64,000 bases of DNA from a virus (IMGVR_UViG_3300032319_000326:1-64000); one strand, 5' to 3'. Numbered from the stretch's first letter, positions 22,513 to 33,606 are shown. The notes: generated by a model not told the origin, from the letters alone. Translations and numbers: made by a program.

Positions 22513-23577
22513 ATGATAAAATTTAAACACATAGTACTATTTACATCATTTTTGATAGCTGGATGTGCAGCTTATTTCAGTGTTTATGGCATAGGATTAT
22601 TATTTTCAGGAGCCACAATTGCGGCTATGGTAATGGCGTCTTCTCTAGAATTAGGCAAGTTAGTTACTACGTCGTGGCTATTTAGATATTGGAATAAAGC
22701 TAACATGTTAATGAAAACTTATATGGTTATAGCTATATTTGCATTGATGGGAATTACGTCTCTTGGTGTATTTGGATTTTTAACAGCTGCATTTCAAAAA
22801 TCTTCGTTGGAAACTGAATTATCTATAAATAAAATTGTTACTTTAGAAACACAAAAATTGGAAGAAAACAGTAAAATAGAAGCTACAAAGAAATCTATAG
22901 ATAAAATTTACGTACTGAGAAGTTCACAAGAGTCACGATTAACCGAAGTGTTAACTAATGCGTTAATAGCTAGAAATCCAATTCAATTACAAAATATCCA
23001 AAATCAAATAAACGATCAAATAGGAGATTTAAACAAACAGTTGGACGTTGAGAACGACAAGTTAAAAAATTCAAGTGATAAGATGTCAAAATTGGATGAA
23101 AGTATCTTTAAACTAAAAGTTGATAACAGTCAAAAGAAAGATATTACCACTTTTAAATTTGTAGCTGATCAATTTAATACCACAATTCAAAACGTTGTTA
23201 AGTGGTTTATTATAGTACTTATTACGGTATTTGATCCACTCGCTGTCGTATTATTATTGGCGTATAATATAAGCACAAATAAGGTTTATTTAGAAGGTGA
23301 TAAAAATTATAAGATTTATAATAATCAACCCCCAATTAAAACTGACGATCCTATAAAGGAAACTAATCAATCAGTTGTAGAGAAGCCTATTGAAGTGGAG
23401 AAGTCTATTGAAGTGGAGAAGCCTATTGAAGTGGAGAAGTCTATTGAAGTGGAGAAGTCTATTGAAGTGGAGAAGTCTATTGAAGTGGAGAAGTCTATTG
23501 AAGTGGAGAAGCCTATTGAAAATCGTGTAAATAAGCCAATGAACACACGTGGAGTTAGAGGAATGTTTAGTTTTTAA
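22513..23577 (+). CDS. multi-pass membrane protein with coiled coil
   Basis: 3 N-terminal TM helices, LELGKLV, FDPLAV. Confidence 0.85.
   Translation: MIKFKHIVLFTSFLIAGCAAYFSVYGIGLLFSGATIAAMVMASSLELGKLVTTSWLFRYWNKANMLMKTYMVIAIFALMGITSLGVFGFLTAAFQKSSLETELSINKIVTLETQKLEENSKIEATKKSIDKIYVLRSSQESRLTEVLTNALIARNPIQLQNIQNQINDQIGDLNKQLDVENDKLKNSSDKMSKLDESIFKLKVDNSQKKDITTFKFVADQFNTTIQNVVKWFIIVLITVFDPLAVVLLLAYNISTNKVYLEGDKNYKIYNNQPPIKTDDPIKETNQSVVEKPIEVEKSIEVEKPIEVEKSIEVEKSIEVEKSIEVEKSIEVEKPIENRVNKPMNTRGVRGMFSF
23380..23520 (+). repeat. 18-bp tandem repeat, about 8 copies (EK[P/S]IEV)
   Basis: GAGAAG(C/T)CTATTGAAGTG units. Confidence 0.95.
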
Positions 23578-23625
23578 AATAAAAAAATTAATTATTTTTT
23601 CATTTGACTATGTACTTATACGTAT

Positions 23626-23778
23626 ATGGACGAAACAGAAATATTACAATTGTACAAAAATTTAAAACGTGGATTTGATACATCCGATTGGGATTTGATT
23701 CAAGAATCTATAGACTATATTTCAGAATATATAGAACTAGGTGACGATGAAGAAACCAACGAAGAATTAAATCGATGA
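23626..23778 (+). CDS. small acidic protein (50 aa, not in ORF track)
   Basis: hand translation MDETEILQLYKNLKRGFDTSDWDLIQESIDYISEYIELGDDEETNEELNR; ATGA overlap with 23775. Confidence 0.7.
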   Translation: MDETEILQLYKNLKRGFDTSDWDLIQESIDYISEYIELGDDEETNEELNR

Positions 23779-24089
23779 TATATATATTATTAATAGCATT
23801 GTTATTATCAACGATGTTAAATATTTTTTTGGTAATCTCTCTTAAAAAGACATTTAATCAGATTGATTTATTAGAAAACTGGTTGGTAGATTTTAAGTTA
23901 TTGATAAAAAATACTTATAATAAGTTGAAGTCTATTGATAATAGAGGTATATTTGAAAAAGACGATGATGTTGGTGTTCTGTTTACAGACTTACTTAATA
24001 TCATCAAACTAACAAATACTAGAATTCAAAACGATGATACCACCGAATCCACCGATTTTAATGAAAAAAACAAAACCGAAATCTTATAA
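23775..24089 (+). CDS. membrane-anchored phage protein
   Basis: N-terminal TM helix; IDxRGIFEKDDDVG. Confidence 0.8.
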   Translation: MIYILLIALLLSTMLNIFLVISLKKTFNQIDLLENWLVDFKLLIKNTYNKLKSIDNRGIFEKDDDVGVLFTDLLNIIKLTNTRIQNDDTTESTDFNEKNKTEIL

Positions 24090-25035
24090 TAAGATTGAAA
24101 AAGTTACTTCAGTTAAGACAAATAGCATTGTCAAGGAGAAGATCCGTACTATACCTAAGAACGTAGTGACACATGTTAAAAAACCAAAAATTACCATCGA
24201 TGTTTTAGTGCCATCTAAAAAACCACGTAAATCTTTAAAATCGATTTCTAACATAGAAGTTCCTCGTACTATTAAACAGGAATTAATTAAAAAGGAATCT
24301 ACAGAAGAAGAATCCCAGTTTGATGTTAATGGAGAACGTAAAAAACGTCGTGGTAGAAACAAAAAAGAAAAAATTTATTTTTCTAAAAAGACAGAGGATG
24401 CTATTATTGAGTATAATAGTGAAGATGATAACCACAAACGAAATGAAATATATGAAACGAAAATAAAGTTTAGTTTTGATAAACTAGTTGAAAATATATT
24501 CAATACATTCAAATTCACTTATTTTGACAATAGTCCTCTTGAAATTCAAAAAGAAACTGTGTCACATTTAGTAACAAACATCCATAAATTTCAAGCCGGA
24601 AAAGGTAAAGCATTTAGTTATTTTAGTATAGTAGCTAAGAATTATTTAATATTCCACAATAACAATAATTATAAACGATTCAATCAACACGTAGATATAA
24701 GCGACACTCCAAGTGAATCTTCTGTATGTTTACAAACTGAAGACGCACATCATAAAGATGTTCAGACACAAGAATTCATGAAACTCATGGTAAATTATTG
24801 GGAATCTAATATTACAAAAATTTTTAATAAGCAGAAAGATTTAAATATCGCATACGCCGTCATTGAATTATTTAGAAATTGTGAAAGAATTGAGAATTTT
24901 AATAAGAAAACATTGTATCTCTATATTAGAGAACTCAGTAACTGTAAAACACAACAAATTACAAAAGTAATAAATAAAATGAAAAGTTATCAAAATATAG
25001 TAATGAAAAATTATAGTAATAAAGGAACATTATAA
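24034..25035 (+). CDS. phage sigma factor, T4 gp55-like (late transcription)
   Basis: region-2-like HKFQAGKGKAFSYFSIVAKNYL; long basic N-terminal extension; start uncertain. Confidence 0.65.
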   Translation: MIPPNPPILMKKTKPKSYNKIEKVTSVKTNSIVKEKIRTIPKNVVTHVKKPKITIDVLVPSKKPRKSLKSISNIEVPRTIKQELIKKESTEEESQFDVNGERKKRRGRNKKEKIYFSKKTEDAIIEYNSEDDNHKRNEIYETKIKFSFDKLVENIFNTFKFTYFDNSPLEIQKETVSHLVTNIHKFQAGKGKAFSYFSIVAKNYLIFHNNNNYKRFNQHVDISDTPSESSVCLQTEDAHHKDVQTQEFMKLMVNYWESNITKIFNKQKDLNIAYAVIELFRNCERIENFNKKTLYLYIRELSNCKTQQITKVINKMKSYQNIVMKNYSNKGTL

Positions 25036-25051
25036 AATCTAATTAATTAAT

Positions 25052-25078
25052 AAAACCACTCCAAACGGGGTGGTTTTT
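25052..25078 (+). terminator. intrinsic terminator
   Basis: AAAACCACTCC/GGGGTGGTTTT. Confidence 0.75.
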
Positions 25079-25092
25079 CTATTTATAGTTAT

Positions 25093-25434
25093 ATGGACTT
25101 AAATTTTGAAATTTACAAAGGAAAGAATTTTTCTGGTCTTTGTAAAGACATAGTAAAAAATTCAGAAAATAAAAAGGATCAAATTGATATTTTGATTTCC
25201 GAATTACGTACTTTGATTAAAACTGTCAATGATGCTATAATCGTAGTACCACTTATAAAAGATTATTATGATATTGGGATTAAAAATGATGAACAGTTAG
25301 TAAAATTAGCAGCTGTGGTTCAACGGTTGGTTGCTAAAGGTGAGTCTACGGGAGAAGGATCATCTATGATACTCAGTGATGATGAACGTAAACAATTGAT
25401 GGATGAAGTTATAACGATCAGTAAAGGTAATTAA
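25093..25434 (+). CDS. conserved phage protein
   Basis: VPLIKDY...KNDEQLVKLA; first gene of a late operon. Confidence 0.8.
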   Translation: MDLNFEIYKGKNFSGLCKDIVKNSENKKDQIDILISELRTLIKTVNDAIIVVPLIKDYYDIGIKNDEQLVKLAAVVQRLVAKGESTGEGSSMILSDDERKQLMDEVITISKGN

Positions 25435-25436
25435 TA

Positions 25437-27140
25437 ATGAGTACGAATATATCAACCATAGTTAAAAACACAAACAATCAGTTATCAAATATGATGTCAT
25501 CCCTTAAAGGGTTTGATACTAATTTTTTAAAACCAGCAGTTGTCGTAGATATTATCTTAGATGACAAACACCCATTCTTTGGAAAAACGCCTGATAATGT
25601 TAATTCACAACCACCTCCAACAATAAAATATCAACAGTTACCAATTAACTATGAAAATGTAATACCGTCACCATCGGATGTAGATTATAGTTATATTGGT
25701 AGAGCTAAAATTCGTATTCTGGGAGAAGAACAACAAACAGCATATGAGAAGTTACCGTGGGCAATTGCAATGGATAATTCAGTTACACAGTTACCATTGA
25801 TAAATGAACAGGTTTTGATATTAAAAGTTGGAGACACATATTATTATACAAAACCATTTAATAAACTAAATTATTTGGGTACAAATGGAGACTTTGTAAC
25901 AGAAAAATCAAACAGTGATAATAATAAAAGTGCAATTCCATATTTACAACCTCCTAACAGAAAAAGTTACGTTTGTCATCCGGCATTTTTATCAATAAAT
26001 CAAAATGGGTACTTTGGAAATTATTTCATATTAAATCCGTTCATACGTAGTATTAGAAAATTCGAAGGTGACACCGTTTTTGAAAGTAGATTTGGCCAGT
26101 CTATTAGATTTAGTGCTTATGATGATGATCGTTTTAATGATAAGGGAGCATATTCTTCATATGCTCTTGTTGGTAACTTATTGAAAGACTCAACTGAAGG
26201 TGGTTATGGAAACCCTAAGTTAACTATACGTAATCGCCAACGTAATATTGCACAGAAAAAATCACAACAGTTACATCCTAAATTACCCCCGATTCCTCAG
26301 ATTTCACCGTGGGAAAAAAATTACGGTGGTCAAATAGATGAAGATGTAAATAATGATGGTAGTACAATACAATTAACTAGTGGATATACAGTAAGTGCAT
26401 GGCAAACCACAGTGTATAAAAGTATTTTCGGCACTACCGGAGATAAAAAACCAACGGAGGAACAACAAAGATTTAATCCAAACGGATCTACTCAATTTAA
26501 ATTTCCAACATTGACAGGCGATCAGATTGTTATTAATAGTGACCGTTTAATATTGAGTAGCAGATTTGCAGAGACTTTTCATTTTAGTAAAAAACGTTAT
26601 GCTGTTGCTACAGATAGTGAATATACAGTTGATGCTAATGATCAAGTTGTTATAACTACTAATAATACAGCAACTATAAATGCTCCGCAAATATTTTTAG
26701 GACAATATGGTGAAACTAATGAACCAGCGTTATTGGGTCAAACAACTGTAGATTGGATGTATGATCTTTGTAACTGGCTATTGGATCATGTACATTGGTA
26801 TCATCACGTTCATCCACATCCACATGGCCATCAAGACGCTGGTAAAATAGACGCGGAAAATACGAATGATGCAAATCCAGATCAAACACAAATACCCGTA
26901 CAACAAATTAAGCTTAAACTGTTAAGAGATAATCTACATAAAACATTAAGCAGAAGAGTATTCGTTACAGGTGGTGGATATGCTCCTGGTAGTAATGGTG
27001 TTAAACCAACTGGAAGTGGTGGTGAGTGTAAAGATCCGGTGGAAATTAATACTGTTACAGGAGCTGGAGTTGTGGGTGATTTCAAAGGTAGAAATCGTCG
27101 TGAAGGTCCAGTACAAGTTGAATTTGAATTTGAGGATTAA
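25437..27140 (+). CDS. baseplate central spike/hub, gp5/gpV-like
   Basis: N-terminal OB-fold-like region, EGDTVFESRFGQSIRF, beta-strand repeats, His-rich tip. Confidence 0.7.
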   Translation: MSTNISTIVKNTNNQLSNMMSSLKGFDTNFLKPAVVVDIILDDKHPFFGKTPDNVNSQPPPTIKYQQLPINYENVIPSPSDVDYSYIGRAKIRILGEEQQTAYEKLPWAIAMDNSVTQLPLINEQVLILKVGDTYYYTKPFNKLNYLGTNGDFVTEKSNSDNNKSAIPYLQPPNRKSYVCHPAFLSINQNGYFGNYFILNPFIRSIRKFEGDTVFESRFGQSIRFSAYDDDRFNDKGAYSSYALVGNLLKDSTEGGYGNPKLTIRNRQRNIAQKKSQQLHPKLPPIPQISPWEKNYGGQIDEDVNNDGSTIQLTSGYTVSAWQTTVYKSIFGTTGDKKPTEEQQRFNPNGSTQFKFPTLTGDQIVINSDRLILSSRFAETFHFSKKRYAVATDSEYTVDANDQVVITTNNTATINAPQIFLGQYGETNEPALLGQTTVDWMYDLCNWLLDHVHWYHHVHPHPHGHQDAGKIDAENTNDANPDQTQIPVQQIKLKLLRDNLHKTLSRRVFVTGGGYAPGSNGVKPTGSGGECKDPVEINTVTGAGVVGDFKGRNRREGPVQVEFEFED

Positions 27141-27143
27141 TAT

Positions 27144-28835
27144 ATGGCATTACAAATAGTAGATATATTTGGCAATTTACAACCAGGTTCTGGCAGAACA
27201 TTGCCAAGTGGAAATTTTTTATTCATACCATCATATAAAAAATATAAGTATAATTATAATTTTTATGTAGATTCTATTAACTATAATGACGCCATTCCGA
27301 ATCCAAAACAAATCCTTACTTGGGATGAATTTTATAAAAATTATACAGATTTAACATCTCTGGAACAAAATGGATATGTTAAACTTAGTTCTGGTACTTA
27401 TAAAAAAGATCTTACTAAAAAACTTACTAGAATAATTTCAATAAATAATTTATATATCACCGACGCATATCAAATAAAAACGCCTATCACGGGTATAACC
27501 ACGATGAAAGGTAATATTATAATAAATTTAGAAGAAACGGATATTTTTAAAAAAACAGTTAGAGATAAATTAGATTGTATTGCTCAAGTGTCGTCGTTGG
27601 GCGGAGATCCTACCCTATTGACCAAATCTTTGGCCGCCTTATTCTTCACCTCATATTTTGAATTTCAGACAAATTATAATAGACTACCCGAATCAAGTTA
27701 CGATTCTAATTTGCAAGGAGCTGAAACTAAAATTAATGACTTTTTGAAATCGATCAAATCCGATTTAGATAAAAATATTTCGTCTGGAACTTGGAAAAAA
27801 GAGAATGTTCCTGCTTGTTTTTTACCTGATCCAGATCCAGCTTTACCAGGTCCGCCTACACAAACGATATCAGGAGTTGCTAATAAAGCTCCTGTAGTAG
27901 ATAATCCTAACATAAAACTTCCAACACAAGAAGTAAAGGGGTTAGATGCAAATGCAGCACAACAAGCAACCTCACAAGCGCAAGGCGCAGCATCTAATGC
28001 TGTGTCTCAAGTACAAAGTGCAGCCGGCGGGTTAACATCACAAGTTCAAGGTGCAGTGGGTCAAGCACAAGGTGCATTAGAAGGAGCCGCTGTACAGGCA
28101 CAAGGTGCAGTTAGTGGTGTTCAAGAATCCGCTGGGGGAGTACTTAGTAATCTTTCATCAGGAGTTAAAGGTGCAATTGGCGGAGGGGCTTTAGGCGCGG
28201 GTATTGGAGCTTTAGCCGGTGGGGGAAAAGGTGCATTAATTGGTGCAGGCGCTGGATTGATTACGGGTGGTATAGCTGGTAAAGTATTTGATAAACTCAA
28301 TCCTAAAGGTATTAAACCAGATGGTTTGGGTAAAGATTGGTCTCCTGATAAGTTTAGTCCTGAATCTATAGCTGGAAATGATAAATTTGTAAATGCTAAA
28401 ACAGGTATGGTTGAATCCACATCTAATTTAGTTAAAGGATTAAAAAATGGAATATTAGGTGGTGCTATTGGAGCCGGTGTGGGATCATTAGCTGGGGGTG
28501 GTAAAGGAGCATTAATAGGCGGATTAAGTGGTACCGCACTTGGTGCTGGATTGTCCGTTGGTGGTGTAACAGGAGCAGCGTTAGTCGGAGGTGGATTAGG
28601 AGCTGGAATAGGAGGAATAGTTGGGGGGGGAAAAGGTGCTGCAATTGGGGCTGTTACTGGAGGAGCCGTTGGAGCTGCGGCAGCTAAATTGGCCAGTGTC
28701 CAAAAAGGAATGCCTAAGCCAAATATACCAAAACCACCTAGTATGCCACGTATCAAAACTATCAAGATACCCAGACCATCTGATACAAAAGGCGCACAAT
28801 CATTATTAAATTTACCTAAATCTAATTTGGGTTAA
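27144..28835 (+). CDS. glycine-zipper-rich virion-associated protein
   Basis: repeated GAGIGALAGGGKGALIG; Q/A-rich repeats; Pro-rich tail. Confidence 0.75.
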   Translation: MALQIVDIFGNLQPGSGRTLPSGNFLFIPSYKKYKYNYNFYVDSINYNDAIPNPKQILTWDEFYKNYTDLTSLEQNGYVKLSSGTYKKDLTKKLTRIISINNLYITDAYQIKTPITGITTMKGNIIINLEETDIFKKTVRDKLDCIAQVSSLGGDPTLLTKSLAALFFTSYFEFQTNYNRLPESSYDSNLQGAETKINDFLKSIKSDLDKNISSGTWKKENVPACFLPDPDPALPGPPTQTISGVANKAPVVDNPNIKLPTQEVKGLDANAAQQATSQAQGAASNAVSQVQSAAGGLTSQVQGAVGQAQGALEGAAVQAQGAVSGVQESAGGVLSNLSSGVKGAIGGGALGAGIGALAGGGKGALIGAGAGLITGGIAGKVFDKLNPKGIKPDGLGKDWSPDKFSPESIAGNDKFVNAKTGMVESTSNLVKGLKNGILGGAIGAGVGSLAGGGKGALIGGLSGTALGAGLSVGGVTGAALVGGGLGAGIGGIVGGGKGAAIGAVTGGAVGAAAAKLASVQKGMPKPNIPKPPSMPRIKTIKIPRPSDTKGAQSLLNLPKSNLG

Positions 28836-28852
28836 TAATTATATATAATAAT

Positions 28853-29323
28853 ATGAAAATAGATATATTGAAAGAATTTATTAAGAAAACCGTACAACAA
28901 GAGGTACGAAGTGTAGTACAATCTGAACTTAAACGTCAATTGGCAGAAATATTCTCTAAAGAAGTCATTCAAGCCAAGAAAAAATCATCAGATTCTGAGT
29001 TGGAACAACAAATTCTAAAAGAATTGGATGTGATGAATGAATCAGATGTTGTTGAGGAACAAGTTAAGCCCACGAAGAAGTTTGTAAAATATACCAGTAA
29101 CCCAATGTTGAATGATATTTTAAACCAAACCACGGGTGGTGTGCCACAAGAAGGCAGTATGGTTAGTATGATGGGTGGATATGGAGGTGGTACACAAGAA
29201 GTTATTACAGAAACCAAAGTACCTGAAAATGCTCCTGAACCAGTTAAAAGCGTATACAATGCTATTAACAGAGATTATAGATCTCTAATGCAAGCGGTAA
29301 ACAAGAAAAAAGGCGATAAATAA
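28853..29323 (+). CDS. conserved phage protein
   Basis: NPMLNDILNQT...RDYRSLM. Confidence 0.8.
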   Translation: MKIDILKEFIKKTVQQEVRSVVQSELKRQLAEIFSKEVIQAKKKSSDSELEQQILKELDVMNESDVVEEQVKPTKKFVKYTSNPMLNDILNQTTGGVPQEGSMVSMMGGYGGGTQEVITETKVPENAPEPVKSVYNAINRDYRSLMQAVNKKKGDK

Positions 29324-29331
29324 GGTGAATA

Positions 29332-29733
29332 ATGTCAACTCCTAAAAAAGCAATAGGTTTATCTTTACCAATACAACTTGGTAATGAGGGATATTTTGCA
29401 ACCAATAAAGATACTATTTCTCAGATAGCTGACAATATACAAAATTTATTATTGACCATGCCGGGCGAACGTAGATTTAATAATAGTTTTGGTTCCGGAT
29501 TATATAATTTACTGTTTCAACCAATTGAAAGTGACGTTACAAACGAAATGATTGTAGATGTAATACAACGGGATGTTGACAAGTATATTAATGGTACAAC
29601 CATTCTGAATGTGGAATTATCTCCACAACAGCCTGAAAATAATGATAGAAATTCAATATTTGTAAGTATTACATTTAGATACAACAACACTATAAGTAAA
29701 ACTGAGCTCAATTTGGAAGGTAATAGAATATAA
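29332..29733 (+). CDS. baseplate wedge subunit, gp25-like
   Basis: NLLLTxPGER...FGSGLxxLLF. Confidence 0.9.
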   Translation: MSTPKKAIGLSLPIQLGNEGYFATNKDTISQIADNIQNLLLTMPGERRFNNSFGSGLYNLLFQPIESDVTNEMIVDVIQRDVDKYINGTTILNVELSPQQPENNDRNSIFVSITFRYNNTISKTELNLEGNRI

Positions 29734-31712
29734 TGTCAAAATTAATTAATAAAACGTTTAATGCAAATACAAAAGATATTAATTATCTTAATAGAGATTT
29801 CGCATCTTTACGTCAACAACTAATCGACTTTACTAAACAATATTACCCACAAAGTTATAAAGATTTTAGTGAAAGTTCACCTGGTCAAATTTTTATTGAA
29901 CAAGCTGCCTATGTTGGTGACGTACTTTCGTATTATACGGATCAACAGTTTTTTGAAAGTTTTTTACAATTTGCACAAGATCGTAGAAATATTATAAACG
30001 GAGCTAAATCTTTAGGTTATAAACCAAAAGTATCGTCTGCTTCTTCTACTATGGTAGATGTATTTCAGTTGTTACCAGCTACCCGTTCAAACGATAATGT
30101 ATATAGTCCAGATGAACGATATTGTTTGATATTAAAACCATTTACACAATTAACGAGTGTATCAGGCGTTAACTTTATTATAGAAGAAAGTATTGATTTT
30201 AGCCAAGACACAAAGTTTTCGCCTAGAGAAATAACAGTTTATAGTCGCGATAATACAGGAGCTCCTCAGTTTTATTTGATTAAAAAATCAACAAAAGCTT
30301 ATTCTGGTACCTTAATTGTAAGACAATTTTCGGTCAATGAACAAATTCCGTTTTACAGTATAAAATTAGATGAAACCAATGTTCTAAAAATTGTTAGTGT
30401 AACAGATCTAAATAATATAAACTATTATGAAGTGGATTATTTAGCACAAGATACAATTCCAATCGAATTGGATAACGTACCTTTAAATAATCAAACACTT
30501 TCACAATATCGAAATGAAACTCCGAAGGTTTTGAAATATTTAAGAACTGAAAAAAGATTTGTAACTACAATTGATGAAAATAATCAAACAACTATTCAGT
30601 TCGGTGCTAATACGGAAAATTATGATAATACCATTATAATTCCAAATCCGACTAACATCGGAGTATCTCTTTCGAACTTAAAGAATTTAAATATTTCTTT
30701 AGATAACACAAATATATTAAAGGCAAATTCATACGGAGTTTCTCCATCTAATACTACATTGACAGTTGTATATATAATTGGTGGGGGATTAAGTTCTAAT
30801 GTTAACTCAGGTGAAATTAAGAGTATAATTGCATCATCTTACTTAAACGACGTTACATCACTAACCGACAGTGAAGTTACGTTATTAAATACAATTAAAA
30901 ACTCATTACGAGTTAACAACGTAGAATCTTCAACTGGTGGAGATGATGCTGAGTCAGATGAAGAAATCAGACAGAATGCAATATTGAATTTTTCTACACA
31001 AAATCGTATGGTTACTGAAGACGATTTCTTATTGAGAGTATATGCGTTACCTCCACAACTGGGAAATATTGCAAAAGCATATATACAAAGCAATTTAACA
31101 AGAGAAGTACAATATAATGGATTTATTACAGGCGTAGTGAATACAAACAACAATTCTACTGTTGATTTAACACCTTTAAATCCATTAGATAGAAGAAAAT
31201 TTTTACAATCGAATAACCCATTTACAAATAATTTGTATTTGTTGGGATACAATTCAAATAAAAATCTAACACAAATTAATCCAGCTACACTTCAAAATTT
31301 AATTACATATTTACAGAACTATAAGATCTTGACTGATAAGATTAACATAATAGATGGTTATATTATCAATATAGGAGTACGATTTAAAATCACTGTATTT
31401 AAAGGATTTAATAAATCAGAAGTATTAAACAATTGTATTCAATCTGTGAAGAGCTTTTTTTCTATCGATAACTGGAGTTTTAATCAACCGATTAATCTTA
31501 GCCAAATCAATTTTGAAATAATGCAAAATGAAGGTGTACAATCGGTAAGTGAGATTATAATCAACAATTTAACTATTGACGATGGTAGTTATTCATCCGT
31601 TGCATATGATATAAACATTGCAACACAAAATAATATCATATATCCACCAAAAGATCCAGCTATATTTGAAGTTAAATATATTGACTCTGACATTAAAGGA
31701 CTTGTAGTATAA
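29733..31712 (+). CDS. baseplate wedge protein, gp6/J-like
   Basis: DF..LRQQLI, DFSESSPG, AAYVGDVLSYY, GGDDAES, QNRMVTEDD. Confidence 0.9.
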   Translation: MSKLINKTFNANTKDINYLNRDFASLRQQLIDFTKQYYPQSYKDFSESSPGQIFIEQAAYVGDVLSYYTDQQFFESFLQFAQDRRNIINGAKSLGYKPKVSSASSTMVDVFQLLPATRSNDNVYSPDERYCLILKPFTQLTSVSGVNFIIEESIDFSQDTKFSPREITVYSRDNTGAPQFYLIKKSTKAYSGTLIVRQFSVNEQIPFYSIKLDETNVLKIVSVTDLNNINYYEVDYLAQDTIPIELDNVPLNNQTLSQYRNETPKVLKYLRTEKRFVTTIDENNQTTIQFGANTENYDNTIIIPNPTNIGVSLSNLKNLNISLDNTNILKANSYGVSPSNTTLTVVYIIGGGLSSNVNSGEIKSIIASSYLNDVTSLTDSEVTLLNTIKNSLRVNNVESSTGGDDAESDEEIRQNAILNFSTQNRMVTEDDFLLRVYALPPQLGNIAKAYIQSNLTREVQYNGFITGVVNTNNNSTVDLTPLNPLDRRKFLQSNNPFTNNLYLLGYNSNKNLTQINPATLQNLITYLQNYKILTDKINIIDGYIINIGVRFKITVFKGFNKSEVLNNCIQSVKSFFSIDNWSFNQPINLSQINFEIMQNEGVQSVSEIIINNLTIDDGSYSSVAYDINIATQNNIIYPPKDPAIFEVKYIDSDIKGLVV

Positions 31713-31713
31713 T

Positions 31714-33606
31714 ATGCATACATTTATTTATCCATCACATGACACCTACATAAATAATTCTTCGGAATTTATCGATAAAAATTTTGGAATCGATGAGATC
31801 TTAGAAATTTATGCCTCTAATAAAGGCACAACGACCGAATATACAGATCCAAACTGGCATACAGCTCCAGTAACGGCCTCGTCATATGGTAACGAAGGTT
31901 GGTTAGCTTATACCACCTCGTCATTATGTATATATTCAGGAAGCAAATGGTATGCGTTTTCTTTGAATTCATCTGTAATACCAAATACAGCGTTTATTGC
32001 TAATTTTACAGGCAGATTATCTAATGTAACATCCAATCCAAAAAAACCACTTTATATTTCTGGATCTGCCAATTATGCATCTGGATCATTTACTGGTAGT
32101 ATGAATATAACAAGTTATTCGTTTTTTACAGGTAGTTGGAGTACAGGTAGTTTTTCTGGATCTGTAAGAGTCGGTAGCTTTTTTACAAAATTAAAAGTAA
32201 ACAAACGGACATATACAACAAGTCCATTAACAGCATCTTTGACAGGTACAGGCAGCTTTAAAAATTTAAGAGGTAAACTATTAGGTAAATCAAATACAGG
32301 CATACCGTGTAGCTCCAGTTTTTATTCTCCGGTAAGAGCTTTTAATTCAGGATCGTTTACAGGAAGTTTTAGTGGTTCAAATTCTAAGTTATATATAGAA
32401 ACTTTAACGTCCAGTAAATTATCATATACAGATGTTAGAAATTTTATTGGGTATTTCAAAGGCCAATACAGTGGATCTTTTACTCAACCGTCTACAGCAA
32501 CATATTTGAACTATCCTGAGTTTTCTAGAACACTTGTTAAGTTTGATATAACTGAATTGAGTAAATCTATCTCAAATAATAATATTAGTGGATCCAATAT
32601 AAAATTTACATTAAACTTAAAGTCTTGTGGTGCTAGAAACTTACCGTTAAATTATAAAATTTATGCTTATCCGATAAGTCAAAGTTGGAATAATGGTAAT
32701 GGTAGATATGCGGATGATGGTTCACAGTTAGGTGTGAGTTGGAACTATAAAAACTATGATGGCGATGGTATCTGGTATGGAAGTCAAATTACAAACGAGT
32801 ATCAACAGATAGATTACTTATTAACATCGTCGTATTCAAGTGCTAGTTTTGAAAATCAAGGAGGTACTTGGTTTTATAAAGTTCCTGCTTCATACACAAA
32901 CAAACCAAAGTGGATTTGTAATTCTACAAAATATCCATCGTTAGTTAATGCAAGTTTAATTTGTAGTCAATCATTTAGTTACGGTAATCAAAGTGATGTT
33001 GCAATGGATATAACCAGAATTGTTAGAGGTTGGTTATGTGGATGTATACCTAATCAAGGATTGATTTTAGTAAGTTCGTTGGAGCTTTCAACTCCACCGT
33101 TACAACAAACAAACGGATTGTTACAGTTCTTTAGTAAAGATACAAATACAATTTACAGTCCTTATGTTGATGTAGCTTGGGACGACAGTGTATTTAGTAC
33201 AGGAAGTTTAGACCCCGTTACAGGATCTATTCAGAATTTAATTACACTAAACTATTTAAAGGATGCTTATAAAGCGGGTAGTTTACCTAAGATCTATGTA
33301 TTCGCAAGAGATAGATATCCTTTAAAGAACTTCCAAAAATCATATCAACAACCATCAATGGTTACTCCAAAATATCTTCCTACGAGTTCCTATTATATGA
33401 TTAAGGACGCAGAATCCGAAGAAGTTTTGATTGGATTTGATCAATATACAAAGTTAAGTTGTGAACCTAATAACGGAAATTATTTCAAGTTACAAACAAC
33501 AGGATTGCCACAAGAACGATATTTGAAAATATTTATTAAGACAGAGTATATCGACGGAACTATAGATATAACAGATACTCAAAAAGTATTTAAAATAACA
33601 AGATAA
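31714..33606 (+). CDS. virion structural protein (DNRLRE-like domain)
   Basis: NFGIDEILEI, SRTLVKFD, FFSKDTNTIYSP. Confidence 0.7.
   Translation: MHTFIYPSHDTYINNSSEFIDKNFGIDEILEIYASNKGTTTEYTDPNWHTAPVTASSYGNEGWLAYTTSSLCIYSGSKWYAFSLNSSVIPNTAFIANFTGRLSNVTSNPKKPLYISGSANYASGSFTGSMNITSYSFFTGSWSTGSFSGSVRVGSFFTKLKVNKRTYTTSPLTASLTGTGSFKNLRGKLLGKSNTGIPCSSSFYSPVRAFNSGSFTGSFSGSNSKLYIETLTSSKLSYTDVRNFIGYFKGQYSGSFTQPSTATYLNYPEFSRTLVKFDITELSKSISNNNISGSNIKFTLNLKSCGARNLPLNYKIYAYPISQSWNNGNGRYADDGSQLGVSWNYKNYDGDGIWYGSQITNEYQQIDYLLTSSYSSASFENQGGTWFYKVPASYTNKPKWICNSTKYPSLVNASLICSQSFSYGNQSDVAMDITRIVRGWLCGCIPNQGLILVSSLELSTPPLQQTNGLLQFFSKDTNTIYSPYVDVAWDDSVFSTGSLDPVTGSIQNLITLNYLKDAYKAGSLPKIYVFARDRYPLKNFQKSYQQPSMVTPKYLPTSSYYMIKDAESEEVLIGFDQYTKLSCEPNNGNYFKLQTTGLPQERYLKIFIKTEYIDGTIDITDTQKVFKITR

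Noticed and set aside
19756-23520. CRISPR array in the repeat regions
   Set aside because: The repeats are contiguous, in-frame coding units without unique spacers, and no cas genes were seen.
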